A stretch of 64,000 nt of DNA from an uncultured Methanosarcinaceae archaeon (GCA_963733675.1 CAVTET010000012.1:282155-346154); one strand, 5' to 3'; positions 1 to 11,942 are shown, counted from the stretch's first letter. Notes: generated by a model from the sequence alone, not told the origin. Program-made: numbers and translations.

Positions 1-719
1 ACCTAGAAAGGGTGATAGGAAAATAATGAGTGGCATTTTCTATCTCCTTGTTACTGGTTACCAATGGAAAGCATTGCCACGATTTTATGGAGCTCCAAGC
101 ACTGTACATGATCGATTTCAGGAATAGCGACGATCAGGCTTATTTGAGAGCATGTGGCTGGCTGGTCTTGTTGAGTATGATTTCGAAAAATGATTTAGAA
201 TGGGAATGACAATCAATTGATGGTGCTATGACAAAAACACCATTAGGTGGAGCTGGAACAGAAGCCAATCCTACTGATCGTGGCAAAAAAGGTACAAAAA
301 GGATTGTTTTAACTGATGGTAAAGGCATACCACTTTCTGTTGTCGTTGATGGAGCCAATCGTCACGATAAAAAGCTTGTAAAAAGGACTTTAGACGCCAT
401 ATTCTTTGAAAGACCTTCTCCAGAAGACATAATTCAGAATATATGCATGGATAAGGGTTATGATTTCACAGATATCAGAAAATTGGTTGAAGACTATGGT
501 TATACTGCGCATATCAAAAGTCGTGGAGAAGAAAACATAAGAAGGTACATACCTGGTTTTAGGGCAAGAAGATGGGTTGTAGAAAGGGCACATTCTTGGT
601 TGAATAGATTCAGAGACTCCTTATAAGATGGGAAAAGAAAATTGAAAATTACCTTGCTGTCCTACATTTAGCGTGCGCATTGATAACTTCAGATCAGCAG
701 GACTTTTCGGATAGCCTCT
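1..719 (+). mobile_element. IS5-family transposase pseudogene (5' end cut by window edge) with right terminal repeat
   Basis: Frame 2 reads IMSGIFYLLVTGYQWKALPRFYGAPSTVHDRFQE*. ORF 228-626 has DDE-type motifs (IDGAMTK, MDKGYD, RRWVVERAHSWLNRFR). Premature stops and frameshifts are present. The element ends in ACTTTTCGGATAGCCTC at about 702-718. Confidence 0.85.
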
Positions 720-896
720 TATTCCTAAAAAAGAAAAAAGTTGAAGGTCTTATACTTATTTTTATGACCATTGCTAGTGGATTTTTTTCGGGTATTTTTG
801 TGCAGGATTATAAAAGTATTTAGACCTATCTGCACTTCGCATATAATCTTATTGTTTTTATATTTCTCAGTTGTTGTTATCTTTTATGGGTTAAGG

Positions 897-1205
897 CTAA
901 ACAATGGGGTTAAAATGGCCTGAAACTGTACCGGCTGGTATCTCTCCCAAGTAGGGGAAGCTGGTTGCTGGGGAAGGACAAGATACAACCCAGGCTCCTG
1001 CGCCATTATAAACATACTGACAAGGGCCTGACCAGTTCCAACCCCAGCCAAAGCTATCACCCCAGCTTCCTCCTCCTCCCCAAGGTCCACCACGGTACCA
1101 ACCAGGACTTGCACTCGCTGTCACTGCTGTCAAAGATACTACGAAAAGGACTGCCAGCAAAATGGACAAAACCTTTTTCATTCTACTAGATATATGTTTC
1201 AACAT
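897..1205 (-). CDS. small secreted Gly/Trp-rich hypothetical protein
   Basis: AGGAG RBS before ATG 1205, signal peptide MKKVLSILLAVLFVVSLTAVTASA, mature part rich in G/W with two Cys. Confidence 0.75.
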   Translation of the reverse strand: MLKHISSRMKKVLSILLAVLFVVSLTAVTASASPGWYRGGPWGGGGSWGDSFGWGWNWSGPCQYVYNGAGAWVVSCPSPATSFPYLGEIPAGTVSGHFNPIV

Positions 1206-1726
1206 CTATTTCACTCCTTTTTATCAAATTCTATACAATTTTAATCCGGTTGAAACTTGCGCAGCTAAATTGAAAAAGCACATTATTGACAACATTGTGA
1301 TTGTCCTTTCAAATCTCGTTTATTTTGTATTCCTTTATCGACACTAGGACATTTGTATGTGATTCTCAGTTTAACTATGCAAGTTCAGGACCATTATTAA
1401 TTATCATTATTATTTATAAATCATTTTATATTAATTCATATATATTCTTTAAAAGTGGCATCCGAATATTTATTAATTGTGCTTTATAGGTACTAAACAA
1501 GGTGTAAATAACAAAGTTATGTTTAAGAAGCAAAGTGGTTGTGGTATCCTATAACTAGAAGCCAGTATTGAGATTAGTAGTCTCAATACTCCTTGATGTA
1601 AATGAATATTGGTAACAGGAAACAAGTATGTAATAATGGAACAGCAATCACAACAGAAGATTAAGGAAGACAGTGCCTAAATTCCGATATTGGTCTTCTA
1701 TATAACATTTGTACTCTTTAATCATT

Positions 1727-1860
1727 TTTTGGAATTTTTCTCATGAGTTACTCGCAGGGTAGAAGGTTTATAGACTTTATGCATTATTCTATATCCATCA
1801 GGCACTCTGCCACTGAAATTGGAAAAATGCATAGATTTTGTCACACAAAAACTGTGCATC
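1727..1860 (-). repeat. about 135-bp dispersed repeat ending in an imperfect palindrome; homologue at 23662-23795
   Basis: Reverse complement GATGCACAGTTTTTGTGTGACAAAATCTATGCATTTTTCCAATTT... aligns by eye with 23662 GATGCACAGTTTTTGTGTTAAAATATGTGCATTTTCCAATTT... Confidence 0.8.
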
Positions 1861-2000
1861 TTAGATTAAATAAGACTCTAAAATTGAGTACCTCAAACAT
1901 TTAATATTCTTTACATATAGAATGTTTTATTAGTAGTTCAGAGAATACCAAAAAAGTTGGAAAATGACTAAATTATTCCCTATACTTCTTGATATTTGAA

Positions 2001-2132
2001 CACTAGTTAGCAAGTCTAGTGAGCGAAAACTTAAAGGAATCTTCGCTTTTTTCTAATATAAGCCATGGTTGATTAAAGTTTCACCATTTTTTAACTTCTC
2101 CATGTATTTTAAAGATATTCAGCTTGCTTCAA
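2001..2132 (+). repeat. about 130-bp dispersed repeat, probable IS end; inverted copy at about 43832-43962
   Basis: Blocks CACTAGTTAG..AAAGGAATCTTCGC..AAAGTTTCAC..TCCATGTATT..ATTCAGCTTGCTTCAA are shared with the reverse complement of 43832-43962. Confidence 0.8.
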
Positions 2133-2492
2133 AAGTGAATATATAAAGATGCCTATCCGAAAAATTATCAATTGCATGTTGTGAAGTGCCTAGGCAGGGA
2201 GCGGGAAAGACACATAAACTTTGTGAGCTCATTACCCATGGTGACGTTCGAATCTTGCAGTTAATAATTACCCATTAACTGATTAAAGATTCTACTTTAG
2301 AAGAATTATAAGGATATATTTTTATAATTTTCATTCCATAACATATTTTCAAGATATCAAAGGTGAAATTTTTGGATGCCAAGAGTAGTAATCTTGATTC
2401 AGAAAAAATTTTAGTCTCATTTACCATACTTCTTTAATAGACAAAGTTAGATTAAAACTTGAAAGTGGTTCCCCTGTGTTAAAATTTTGCTT

Positions 2493-5400
2493 TTAGACTT
2501 TTAACGACTCAACCGGTAAAGTAAAATAAAAAGTTGAACCTTTGCCTAATTCAGATTCGACCCATATACGTCCACCATGTCTTTCTACAACTTTTTTACA
2601 AATCGCAAGCCCTATTCCTGTTCCGGGATATTTTTCCCTGGTATGCAATCTTTTGAAAACTTCAAATATTTTTTCCGAATATTGTGGATCAATCCCAATT
2701 CCGTTGTCCTGCACTGAAAATACCCATTCATTTGCTTTTTTCTCTGCAGATATGTGAATTTGGGGTGCTTCTTCATTGTGGAACTTCATTCCATTGAAAA
2801 TCAAATTCTGAAACACCTGAACCAACTGGGTAGAATCTACTATTATATCAGGCAAAGTATCATGAGATATAGTAGCTTTATTTTCATTTATAACCACTTT
2901 TAAACCAGCTAGTGCCTGATTCAAAATAAATTTACAATTTGTAGTTTTAGGTTCCCTTACAGTCCTATTCACACGGGAATATTCCAAAAGGTCATTTATT
3001 AGATTTTGCATACGGGAAGCCCCGTCTACAGCGAAGTGTATGTACTTATCCGCCCTATCATCTAGATTATCCTGATATCTCTTTTGTAAAAGCTGCAAAT
3101 AACTTGTTATCATCCGTAGTGGTTCTTGCAAGTCATGAGATGAAACGTAAGCAAATTGTTCTAATTCTTCATTTGAGATGGCAAGTTCTTCTAATTTCAA
3201 CTTTAAAGTTTCGTCGGCTGTTTTACGCTCAGTGATGTCAGTGAGCATGCTCAGAGAACCCATAAAATTGCTATCTTTATTAAAAAAGGCTTTATAACTT
3301 ATATGAATCCATGCAGATGAGCCATCTGTCTTTATTAATTTCAATTCATAGCTCTCATTGATACCCTGCCGACTCTTTTCCAGATTCAGTTTGACAATAT
3401 CCTTACTTTCTTCACTTATGAAGCCCCATATCGGTCTGTCAATACCTTCTTCAAGAGAGTATCCGAGTATATCAGTCAGTTTCCTATTGGCATAAGTAAC
3501 TACAGCTTCATCATCAATTATGAGTATACCTTCGTTTGCCGTCTCGACGATGTTGCGGTACTTTTCCTCACTTTCCCGAAGCTTTTCTTCTGCTGCTTTT
3601 CCGTCAGTAATATCCCTTCCAATACAGGAGATAGCTACAAACTTTCCAGATGAGTCAAAAATCGGAGAAAGAGTAATTGAAACATTTATTACTGTACCAT
3701 CCTTTTTTAACCGTAAAGTTTCATAATGCTGGATCTTTTCTTCCTGTTTAGTCTTTTTAATTAACAGTTTTATTTCCCCTTTAAGATCATCTGGTTCAAG
3801 TATTGATACATCTTTTCCCAGGATCTCTTCTGCTGAATAACCATAAATTTTCCTTGCTCCCATATTCCAACTTTTAACGGTACCATCAAGAGACTCAGTT
3901 ATGATAGCATCATTCGATGACTCTACAGCACTCGCAAGTGCTTGAATTTTCTCGTCTGCTTTTTTAAGCTTAGTAACATCACGAGCTGCAGCAAAGACAC
4001 CAATAACCTCACCTGATTCGTCTATATAAATTGAAGCGTTGTATAAAACAGGTATTATCATTCCACTCTTATGCTGAATTTCAAGCGCATAGTCAGACAC
4101 AAATCCTTCCTTGAACACTTCTTGATATACTTTCTTAGCTTTCTTAGGCTCAGTGAAATAGTTTGTAAAGTCAGTGCCAATGAGTTCGTCCCGTAAATAA
4201 CCAGTAACAAACTCTGTAGAAGTGTTTGCATCAGTAATTTTACCATCATGCCCAATGGTTATTAAAGGATCCAAGCTAGCTTCAATTAAACTACGATTAT
4301 AACTATTTGACAACCTAATTTTTTCTTCAGCCAGCTTGATCTCGTGGATATCGGTACAAGTACCGAACCACTTGTCTATCACTCCGCTATCATCGAAGAA
4401 GGGGACTCCACGAACGACGGCAGCCACCAGCGATAAGTGCCATCGGCACTGCGCAGTTGGCATTCAAGCGAATAGGAATCGTTGTTGTGTACTGCATTTT
4501 GCCAGGCATCCCAAGCGCGTTTTTGGTCAGCGGGGTGCAAGGGCTTGTTCCAACCATGGCCATAGCTTTCTTTCATTGTAAGGCCGGTATACTCCACCCA
4601 TTGATGGTTGAAATATGTGTTCCAGCCATCTGCCCTTGTGATCCAAACAATTTGGGGCATCGCCCGGCCAGGGCGTGGAACCTCTCCTCACTCTCACGCA
4701 GCATCTTTTCTGTTTTTTTGCGCTCTGTGATGTCGATATCCATCTTGAGTATCATAGGCGAACCATCAACGTCGGTGAACGGAAAATCAAAGGCATCAAT
4801 TATTTTCCAGTCCGGGCCGTTGGACTCCCAATGATGGGGTTTTCCGGTCTCAAGTACTTTATAGGATTCGCAGAACTCACACTTATTGGTGAACCCAAAA
4901 CGGGATTCATAACAATGCAATCCGCTGGAAACACCGAAATGTTCGCGGTAGCTGCGGTTGGCAAAGGCAATGCGATAGTCAGATGTCAAAAGACATATCA
5001 TTGCTGGCAGCATTTCTAGAATGTCAAAGAGCCGCCGTCGTTCAGCTTCGACAACTTCGGCAACTCTGCGACTTGCTTCGCTCTCTAGCAGTGCTTGCTC
5101 TGCTTTTTTTTTCTCGGTGATATCTATTTGAGTGGTGATGAGACGATCGCCATTAACAATATACGAAGTGAGGAGTTCCTTGTCCACGTAAGAGCTATGG
5201 TACTGGAACCTTAACAGCCTTATTCGACAGCTTTGCCTCCTCGATCATGGGAAGATGGAATGCAGCTCTCTCACAGCCGAGTACTTCTGATCCCCTTTTT
5301 CCTTTGGCCTCATCAATATTTTTCAGACCAAGGAGCTTGAATCCAGCAGGATTGAGATCCTCGAAAATCCAGTCGACAACTTTACCCTGTTCATCGTAGA

Positions 5401-7295
5401 TAAGTCGATTAATGAAGAAGGCCTCCTGCAAAGTCTCGAATAGGCCACGATACCTGATCTCGCTCACCCGCAGATTCTCATATGCTTCATAAAGTTCCTT
5501 TGACTGAGCCTGTAACTCTTCGTTTTGTGCATGGAGCTCTTCAGACTGAGCCTGCAAATCCTCGGATTGCGTTTGGAGATTCTCTTGAGCTTTCTGCAAA
5601 GATTCATCAGCTTTTGTTTTGGCTATGGCCACGGCCAGATAGTCTGCCAGCCGTTCCAACATCAAGATCATTTCCGGAGTAAATCTACCTTTACATCGTC
5701 GTTCAACTGGAGAAGGACCTGGCCTCTCCTCACCCACACGCAGAGCTATCAGAGCCACAGATTCATAGCCTTCACCATTACATCTGTTATGCGTGTGGGC
5801 CTGGCGGTCAGCATCAGTCGTTGTGGCCAGCAGTTCCGTGGTACAGTTGGTACAGAAACTCCCCAGTGTCGTGAAAAATGGCTTAGATGGATCGAACCTT
5901 CCACAGATAACGTTGCCACACATACATTCATGGATAGGATAGCCATCAATATCGTGGATAAGCTGTCCGGAAGCATATCGCAAGAAGAGACTGTTCTCCA
6001 ACTTAACGAATTCCGCTGGAAACCCACTTGTCTCGAAATATGGATAATCTTCATCATCCTTGAGCCGGATGCCAACGGCTTCGAAACCGGAGCGCTCGCG
6101 GAAGAAATTAACGGCAGAATGAACCAAGTCTACTGTACTTCGGCTCTTATTCACGAGCTGTAAGAACTCCACCATCATCTCACTTTCCTGCTCTGCCCTT
6201 TTACGCTCGGTGATACCTACGGAAAAGCCCATAGTACCTAACAGCGTACCGTCCTTCGCGAGCCACGGTGACTTTGTAGAGAGATAAATCCGAAGAGAGC
6301 CGTCTGGCAATCGGACTGACTCCTCGGTAACCAGGGACTGACGCGTCTCGCGGACTATCCTGTCATTTTTCATCACAGCTTCACTAATAAGTGGGTCAGA
6401 ATAGAAATCGACGTCTGTCTTACCCAAAATTTCATCTGCTAACTTACCAAAAAAACGCAAAAAGGAATCGCTCGCATAGACTATCCGAGACTGACAGTCC
6501 TTGGCGAATAAGAGCTCAGACGAGTTTTGTGAAATTGCATCCATTATCTCGGTTGTCTTCTGTAGTTTCTCTGACCGAATCTGCACCTCCTTAGAGTGCA
6601 ACTTGAGATTCTCGTAAGCTTCACGAAGATCGCCTTCCGATTTTTGTCTCTGAAGAGCCTGTATAATCGCTGGTGCAATAGCTTCAAGATCCTCCTGCTG
6701 CTCGGAACTATAGCCACCGTCACGATTTGCAACCCCCAGCATGCCAACTATTTTCCTATCTAAGACTAAGGGCACACCAAGAAACGACGTGATCGGGGGA
6801 TGATCGTGTAGCACATCGATATTGTATGGATGCGATAGCGGATCATTGGTAAAAAAGCCTTTTTCATTGTTAATGATACTACCGTACAAGCCATGTACTA
6901 CAAAATTTTCTTGGGGACGGCGATGCCCAATCTGGTCATACATCAGGCATTGTTCCCATCCAATCTCGCTGATTGCAATATCATGCAATAAATCCATCAT
7001 CACCCAATAAATTAACGAAACCAAGCGGGCTGCCAGTGATTTTTAAAGCTACCGATAGACACTCATTTCCAAGTTCTTCTTCTGTTTTATCCCGCACGAC
7101 AATGCTGAAGATCCGGTTGATTCCTTCAAGAATAAGGTTGTTTCTGTTTAAAGCTTTATTAGCTTTTTCCAGCTCAGCTGTCTGTTCCTGGACTAGGAGC
7201 TCCAATTTGTCAGTACCCCAACGATCAGAAATACTCATAAATCTCCAATTTTGCTTTAATCGACATTCTGCAGATATACACAACTGTAAATTCAT
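2493..7295 (-). pseudogene. large multi-GAF/PAS sensor histidine kinase split by about four frameshifts; C-terminal PAS-PAS-PAS-HisKA-HATPase part (2493-4463) is open
   Basis: Consecutive minus-strand ORFs 7295-6981, 7024-5195, 5187-4573, 4660-4379 and 4463-2493 continue one another. H-box [17 protein letters not shown]-box [11 protein letters not shown]-boxes DNGIGI and GTGIGL. Confidence 0.9.
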
Positions 7296-7397
7296 AATTT
7301 AATTATTTTTAATTTTATGTCTATCACTGAATTTGGAACCAAATTTCTCTGATTTTTTAGTAGCTTTTCTACTTAAGTCTAACTTTATGTGATTTTG

Positions 7398-7747
7398 TAT
7401 CCAACCAGTCAGGACTCCACAGGAAGCAGCCAATAACACTGAAATTAAATGATATATGTTAGAGCTGCGAAAACAGATCAAAGTCAAAGATAACCAGATG
7501 TACTTAAAGATAATGATGAACTCCAACTGGCCAGAATGGCCGGTTTGAAAACTTAGATCCAAGCACTTTACCAACAGATGAACATTAATGACAAGCAGCA
7601 CACTAAGGACGAGTAGATAGAAAAACTAAATAGAATATGCATAAACGGGTGCATATCAAAAGTTTAATCAAGGAAAATAACAGGCTAAAAATTAAGCTGC
7701 TTCCGGAAAATGTAGAAAAGAATAAGCCTTGGTGGCGATTTTGGTAA
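7398..7747 (+). pseudogene. decayed coiled-coil protein ending in KNKPWWRFW
   Basis: Plus-strand fragments ELRKQIKVKDNQM, IQALYQQMNINDKQ and IKSLIKENNRLKIKLLPENVEKNKPWWRFW* with several stops and shifts. Confidence 0.65.
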
Positions 7748-7753
7748 GTCAGA

Positions 7754-8185
7754 CTACAATTCTTCAACCATAGATAACTTATCTAGAATTTTATTTCTAA
7801 TTGCATATGTGTCCGTAATTCTTATATCAACATTTGTGTTTTTATTATCTGATACAACATTTGTTTTACGATATAATCTCCTTCCAAATTCTTCAGGAAA
7901 CCGTCTTTCTAGAATCCAGATGCAAACTTGACAGTTCCCAGTTTTTGCAGCATCATTTAGTCGCTCCAAAAGTTCTTTAGCCGCATCAGCATTGCATTTG
8001 TTAATATACTGTGAAAACTGAAAATATTTGCCAAATTTTTCTGTCTTTCCCCTTTTAATCCAATCATTAAACGTTTGATATGTTATGCCGGCTGCTGAAG
8101 CAGCGAGAGCATAAGTAAGTCCAAGCGCAATATTTTCACCGATTTTCTGTTGTATTTTTGGAGTTAATTTCGTAGGTCTTGCCAT
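7754..8185 (-). CDS. HTH protein resembling phage terminase small subunits
   Basis: MARPTKLTPK..I..GLTYALAASAAGITYQTFNDWIKRG...WILERRFPEEFGRR matches the pattern of TerS-like HTH proteins. Confidence 0.6.
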   Translation of the reverse strand: MARPTKLTPKIQQKIGENIALGLTYALAASAAGITYQTFNDWIKRGKTEKFGKYFQFSQYINKCNADAAKELLERLNDAAKTGNCQVCIWILERRFPEEFGRRLYRKTNVVSDNKNTNVDIRITDTYAIRNKILDKLSMVEEL

Positions 8186-8427
8186 TGATAGCACCGCTTT
8201 TACACTTTAAAATAACTATCAATGAATGTTGTATTTATATTTACTTAGTTCTCTTAGACACAACAGCAGGGTTTAGATATGTCAAATCAAAAAAATGAGC
8301 CATTCTCCGAGTTTTAAGCCGTTTTTTGGCATAGTAATGATTCCTATAGAACTTCCAATAAAAGTTTCTCTCAAAATTTGTTCTATAAATCTATATTAGG
8401 AGATAAAATCAATATGATATTCAATCT

Positions 8428-10535
8428 TCACTGCCGAGCCATGATAATACGCATCTCAGCTTCCTGATCTTCTATCAACTGGCCGCTCACGTCCACTGTC
8501 ACGCTATGGATCTTGCCTGTGAACTCCAAAAAGGGGGGACGATAGTCTGGTGTGACTGGTGCTCCATGAACTGAGCCACAGGTTACTCCACCAGTTAACC
8601 CTAACGTAAGTGGAGTTGTCACTGGTAACATTTAGCTTGGCCGACTAACGTTCCGTCTATAAAGAGCTTAGCAATTCCAGGTGAACCCTTGCCATTAGCA
8701 AAATCTGGCTTACCGGTCACCTCAAACTCAAACCCGAGTTGATGTCTCCCTTCAGGAACATTCTCATTGAACTCTACATGATATAATGCTCTAGATACGT
8801 AATTGTGCACCCAGTGAAGTTTTCCATCTTTGATATAGAATGAATAACCGCCATCGATACCGCCATGAGATAGCAAGATTCCTTCCACTCCCCCTGCAGG
8901 GATCTCAACATCGGCTATAATACTGTGGGGACGGTTGAGAACTTTGACTGCTGAAGCTGCAGGAATTTCCTGAGTTCCGGGATAATAGGTGCAGCTTGTT
9001 CTATTTATTGCGATACCTGGCCGTTCATCGGCAATACACAGAACTCCACGACCATCGATGGGTAGTACATTATATTTTCCGGCCTCTGCATACCACGTGG
9101 AGATCATCTCAATTAACTTTGGTCGATTCTCAGCAGCAACGTTCTGATTCTCTGCTCAATCCTTCTCAACATGATAAAGCTCCCAGCCTCTTGCGTCTAG
9201 CTCAGTCAATGTATCTGCAGAAATAGGTTCGCTGAATGATTTTCCAGCTTCAGTGAACGAAGGGCCAGGCCATGGGCAGACTGCGCACCAGCCATCATGA
9301 TACAGTGAGCGGTGTCCCATCATCTCGAAGTACTGAGTGTGGTGCTTGGTTGGTGCATTGGAATCGTTGAATGTTAGTGCAAAACTTACGCCTTCAATAG
9401 GCGAGTGGGTTACACTTTTTATAATCCTTGGCGGTTCAATTCCTAGGCATTCTAGAACTGTAGGTACCATATCGATAGCATGGGCATACTGAGTGCGAAT
9501 TTCACCTTTGGCTTTAATTTCTTTGGGTCAATGGACTATAAAGGGATCACTGACACCACCACGGTAGGTCTCTCGTTTCCAGCGGCGGAAGGGTGTATTT
9601 CCAGCCCAAGTCCAGCCCCATGCATAATGATTATAAGTCTCTGGGCCCTCAAGTTTATCTAGGGCTGCGAGATTTTCCTCTACAGATTCAGGTACATTAT
9701 TTAAAAACCTGGACTTGTTAATTGATCCAGTAGGACCACCTTCAGAGCTTGCTCCGTTATCTGAAATTACCATTATCAACGTATTCTCAAACTCACCAAT
9801 ATCTTTGAGAAATTGCAACAACCGACCAATGTGGTAATCGGTGTGTTCAAGGAACCCAGCAAAGACTCCCATCATACGGGCATAGAGTATCTTCTCCTCA
9901 GGTGTGCATTGGTCCCAGGGTTTGACATCTGGATCATGGCGAGATAGCTCAGTTTCTTTTGGAACGATACCCAGTCCCTTCTGCCGGCCTAATGTCTTCT
10001 CCCGGTAAACGTCCCACCCATCATCGAACTTACCTTTGTATTTATCTGCCCACTCCTTAGGAACATGATGAGGAGCATGCATTGCTCATGGACAGAAGTA
10101 CATGAAAAAGGGTTTACTTGGTGCGACTTGTTTGGAATCAGCAATGAATTGGATAGCCCTGTCCACTATATCCTCATTTAATGTGTAGTCCTCTTCTGAA
10201 TTTTTGGGAGGGTCTATGGAATGATTGTCGTAGATCAGTTTAGGATAATACTGATGTGTATCACCTCCTAAAAAACCGTAGAAGCGCTCGAAACCTCTTC
10301 CTAAAGGCCAGCGGTCATAAGATCCGACTGAAGACATCTGTTCTGAAGGCGTTAGGTGCCATTTGCCAATAGCATAGGTGTTGTAACCGCGTTGCAGAAG
10401 CATCTCTGATAAAAAACCGTTCTCAAAAGGTGTATTGCCGTTATATCCTGGATAGCCAGTTGATCCTTCAGTGATACATGCCATGTTATTCGAATGGTGA
10501 TTTTGACCAGTAATTATGCACGAGCGACTAGGAGA
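8428..10535 (-). pseudogene. arylsulfatase (AslA-like) pseudogene, 5'-truncated, multiple frameshifts
   Basis: SPSRSCIITGQNHH, GKWHL, ISDNGAS, WAGNTPFRRWKRETYRGG and WELYHVEKD motifs spread over five fragments. Confidence 0.9.
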
Positions 10536-11325
10536 GAAAGGAAAATGTACTAACATTATAAAACTATACCAAACAATTGATTAATGTATTTGACTTCACC
10601 AAGAACAGAGTAATTTAGATCATTTACTTGTCCTTTTTTAATCATATTCATAGCTTCAATTCCTTTTAAAGTATTATTAGCAGATAGAAAAGACTGAAAT
10701 CCTAACATTGGATTAACGATTTGCTTTAGAGATCTATGATCTTGTTCTATAATGTTATTCAAATACTTGATTTGTTGAATGCCTATGTTTTTAGGTAGTA
10801 TTTTATCAATTTTTAGTTTATCTATAGCAGGTGGATAAGCTGGATTCTTATCAACGGTTATTAATCTTGGAATTTGATTATGATTAGAACTTAAAGCTTT
10901 CTTAAAGAATCTCTTCGCTGCCTTTCTATCTCGTTTTGAACTTAACATGAAATCAATTGTATCTCCATTTGAGTCAACTGCTCGGTAAAAATATTTCCAT
11001 TTACCTTTTACTTTGATATAGGTTTCATCAACTCTCCACGAATCATTTGTTGGTCTTAAATGTCTTCTTATCCTCTTTTCTAGTTCAGGGGAATATTGAT
11101 GCACCCATCTCATTATAGTACTGTGATCAACTTGAATTCCTCTTTCTATCATCATTTCCTTTAAATTTCTATAACTTAGTGCATATTTTAAGTACCATCT
11201 TACATTCAATAAGATAATTTCCCCTTCATAAAGCTTCCATTTAAAGGAATTAGATAGCATGTTACTATCTTTGGTTTTCTTTTTATTCTATTGTATCATT
11301 AGAAAGGATTTTTTGCAACGGAACC
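10536..11325 (-). mobile_element. IS6-family element: intact 234-aa transposase (10556-11260), left IR present, right IR missing
   Basis: VRWYLKYALSYRNL, WRVDETYIKVKGKW, DKNPAY and NNIIEQDHR motifs. IR GGTTCCGTTGCAAAAA lies at 11310-11325 on the minus strand. Confidence 0.95.
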
Positions 11326-11552
11326 GAAATAAGAATAAGAATAAAAGTAAAAAGAGTTAGATTTTTCGTACATTTACATAATTTTTGCTTTGAGACTTAA
11401 AAACTTAAAATAAATTTTGCCAAATTGATTTGAACTCAAAATATGAGCAATTTCCAATATCAATTAGTGAATACTACTAAACTTAGTATGTTAAATCAAG
11501 TTTATATTTAGGTACCAACTAAACTATTTAATCAAATTAGGGAGTAGTTATC

Positions 11553-11942
11553 ATACCAAGAGTAGTCCATTTCGAGATACATGCAGAAAATGTTGAAAGG
11601 GCAAAAAAGTTTTACGAAAATGTGTTTGCTTGGACGATAAAGAAATTGGAAGGTCCTATTGAATATTGGCACATAACGACAGGTGAACAGGCGCAATTAG
11701 GAATAAATGGCGGCTTGATAAAGAGACAGGAAAAAGAATTGGCAGAAGAAATTATGATAAACAGCTATGTCTGTATAATAGACGTTCCTGACATAAATGA
11801 ATACCTAAAACAAATACACAAGCATGGTGGCAGACTGCCTATTGAAAAGAGAGTTATACCCAACATAGGTTGGCTTGCATATTGCTTCGACACAGAAAAA
11901 AATTTATTTGGTATATTGCAGCCTGATATGAGCGCTAGATAA
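11553..11942 (+). CDS. VOC/glyoxalase family protein; homologous start codon is ATA
   Basis: GGAG RBS then ATA-PRVVHFEIHAENVERAKKFYENVF in frame with ORF 11622; GINGGL and GWLAYCFDTEKNLFGILQ. Confidence 0.8.
   Translation: MPRVVHFEIHAENVERAKKFYENVFAWTIKKLEGPIEYWHITTGEQAQLGINGGLIKRQEKELAEEIMINSYVCIIDVPDINEYLKQIHKHGGRLPIEKRVIPNIGWLAYCFDTEKNLFGILQPDMSAR

Noticed and set aside
125-127. In-frame TAG in the IS5 transposase as a pyrrolysine codon
   Set aside because: The same gene also has TGA stops and frameshifts; ordinary decay.
7299-7601. Minus-strand ORF containing AASCGV, the usual translation of the IS200 hairpin
   Set aside because: The nucleotides do not match the hairpin, and the plus strand is better explained as the PWWRFW-tailed pseudogene; treated as coincidence.
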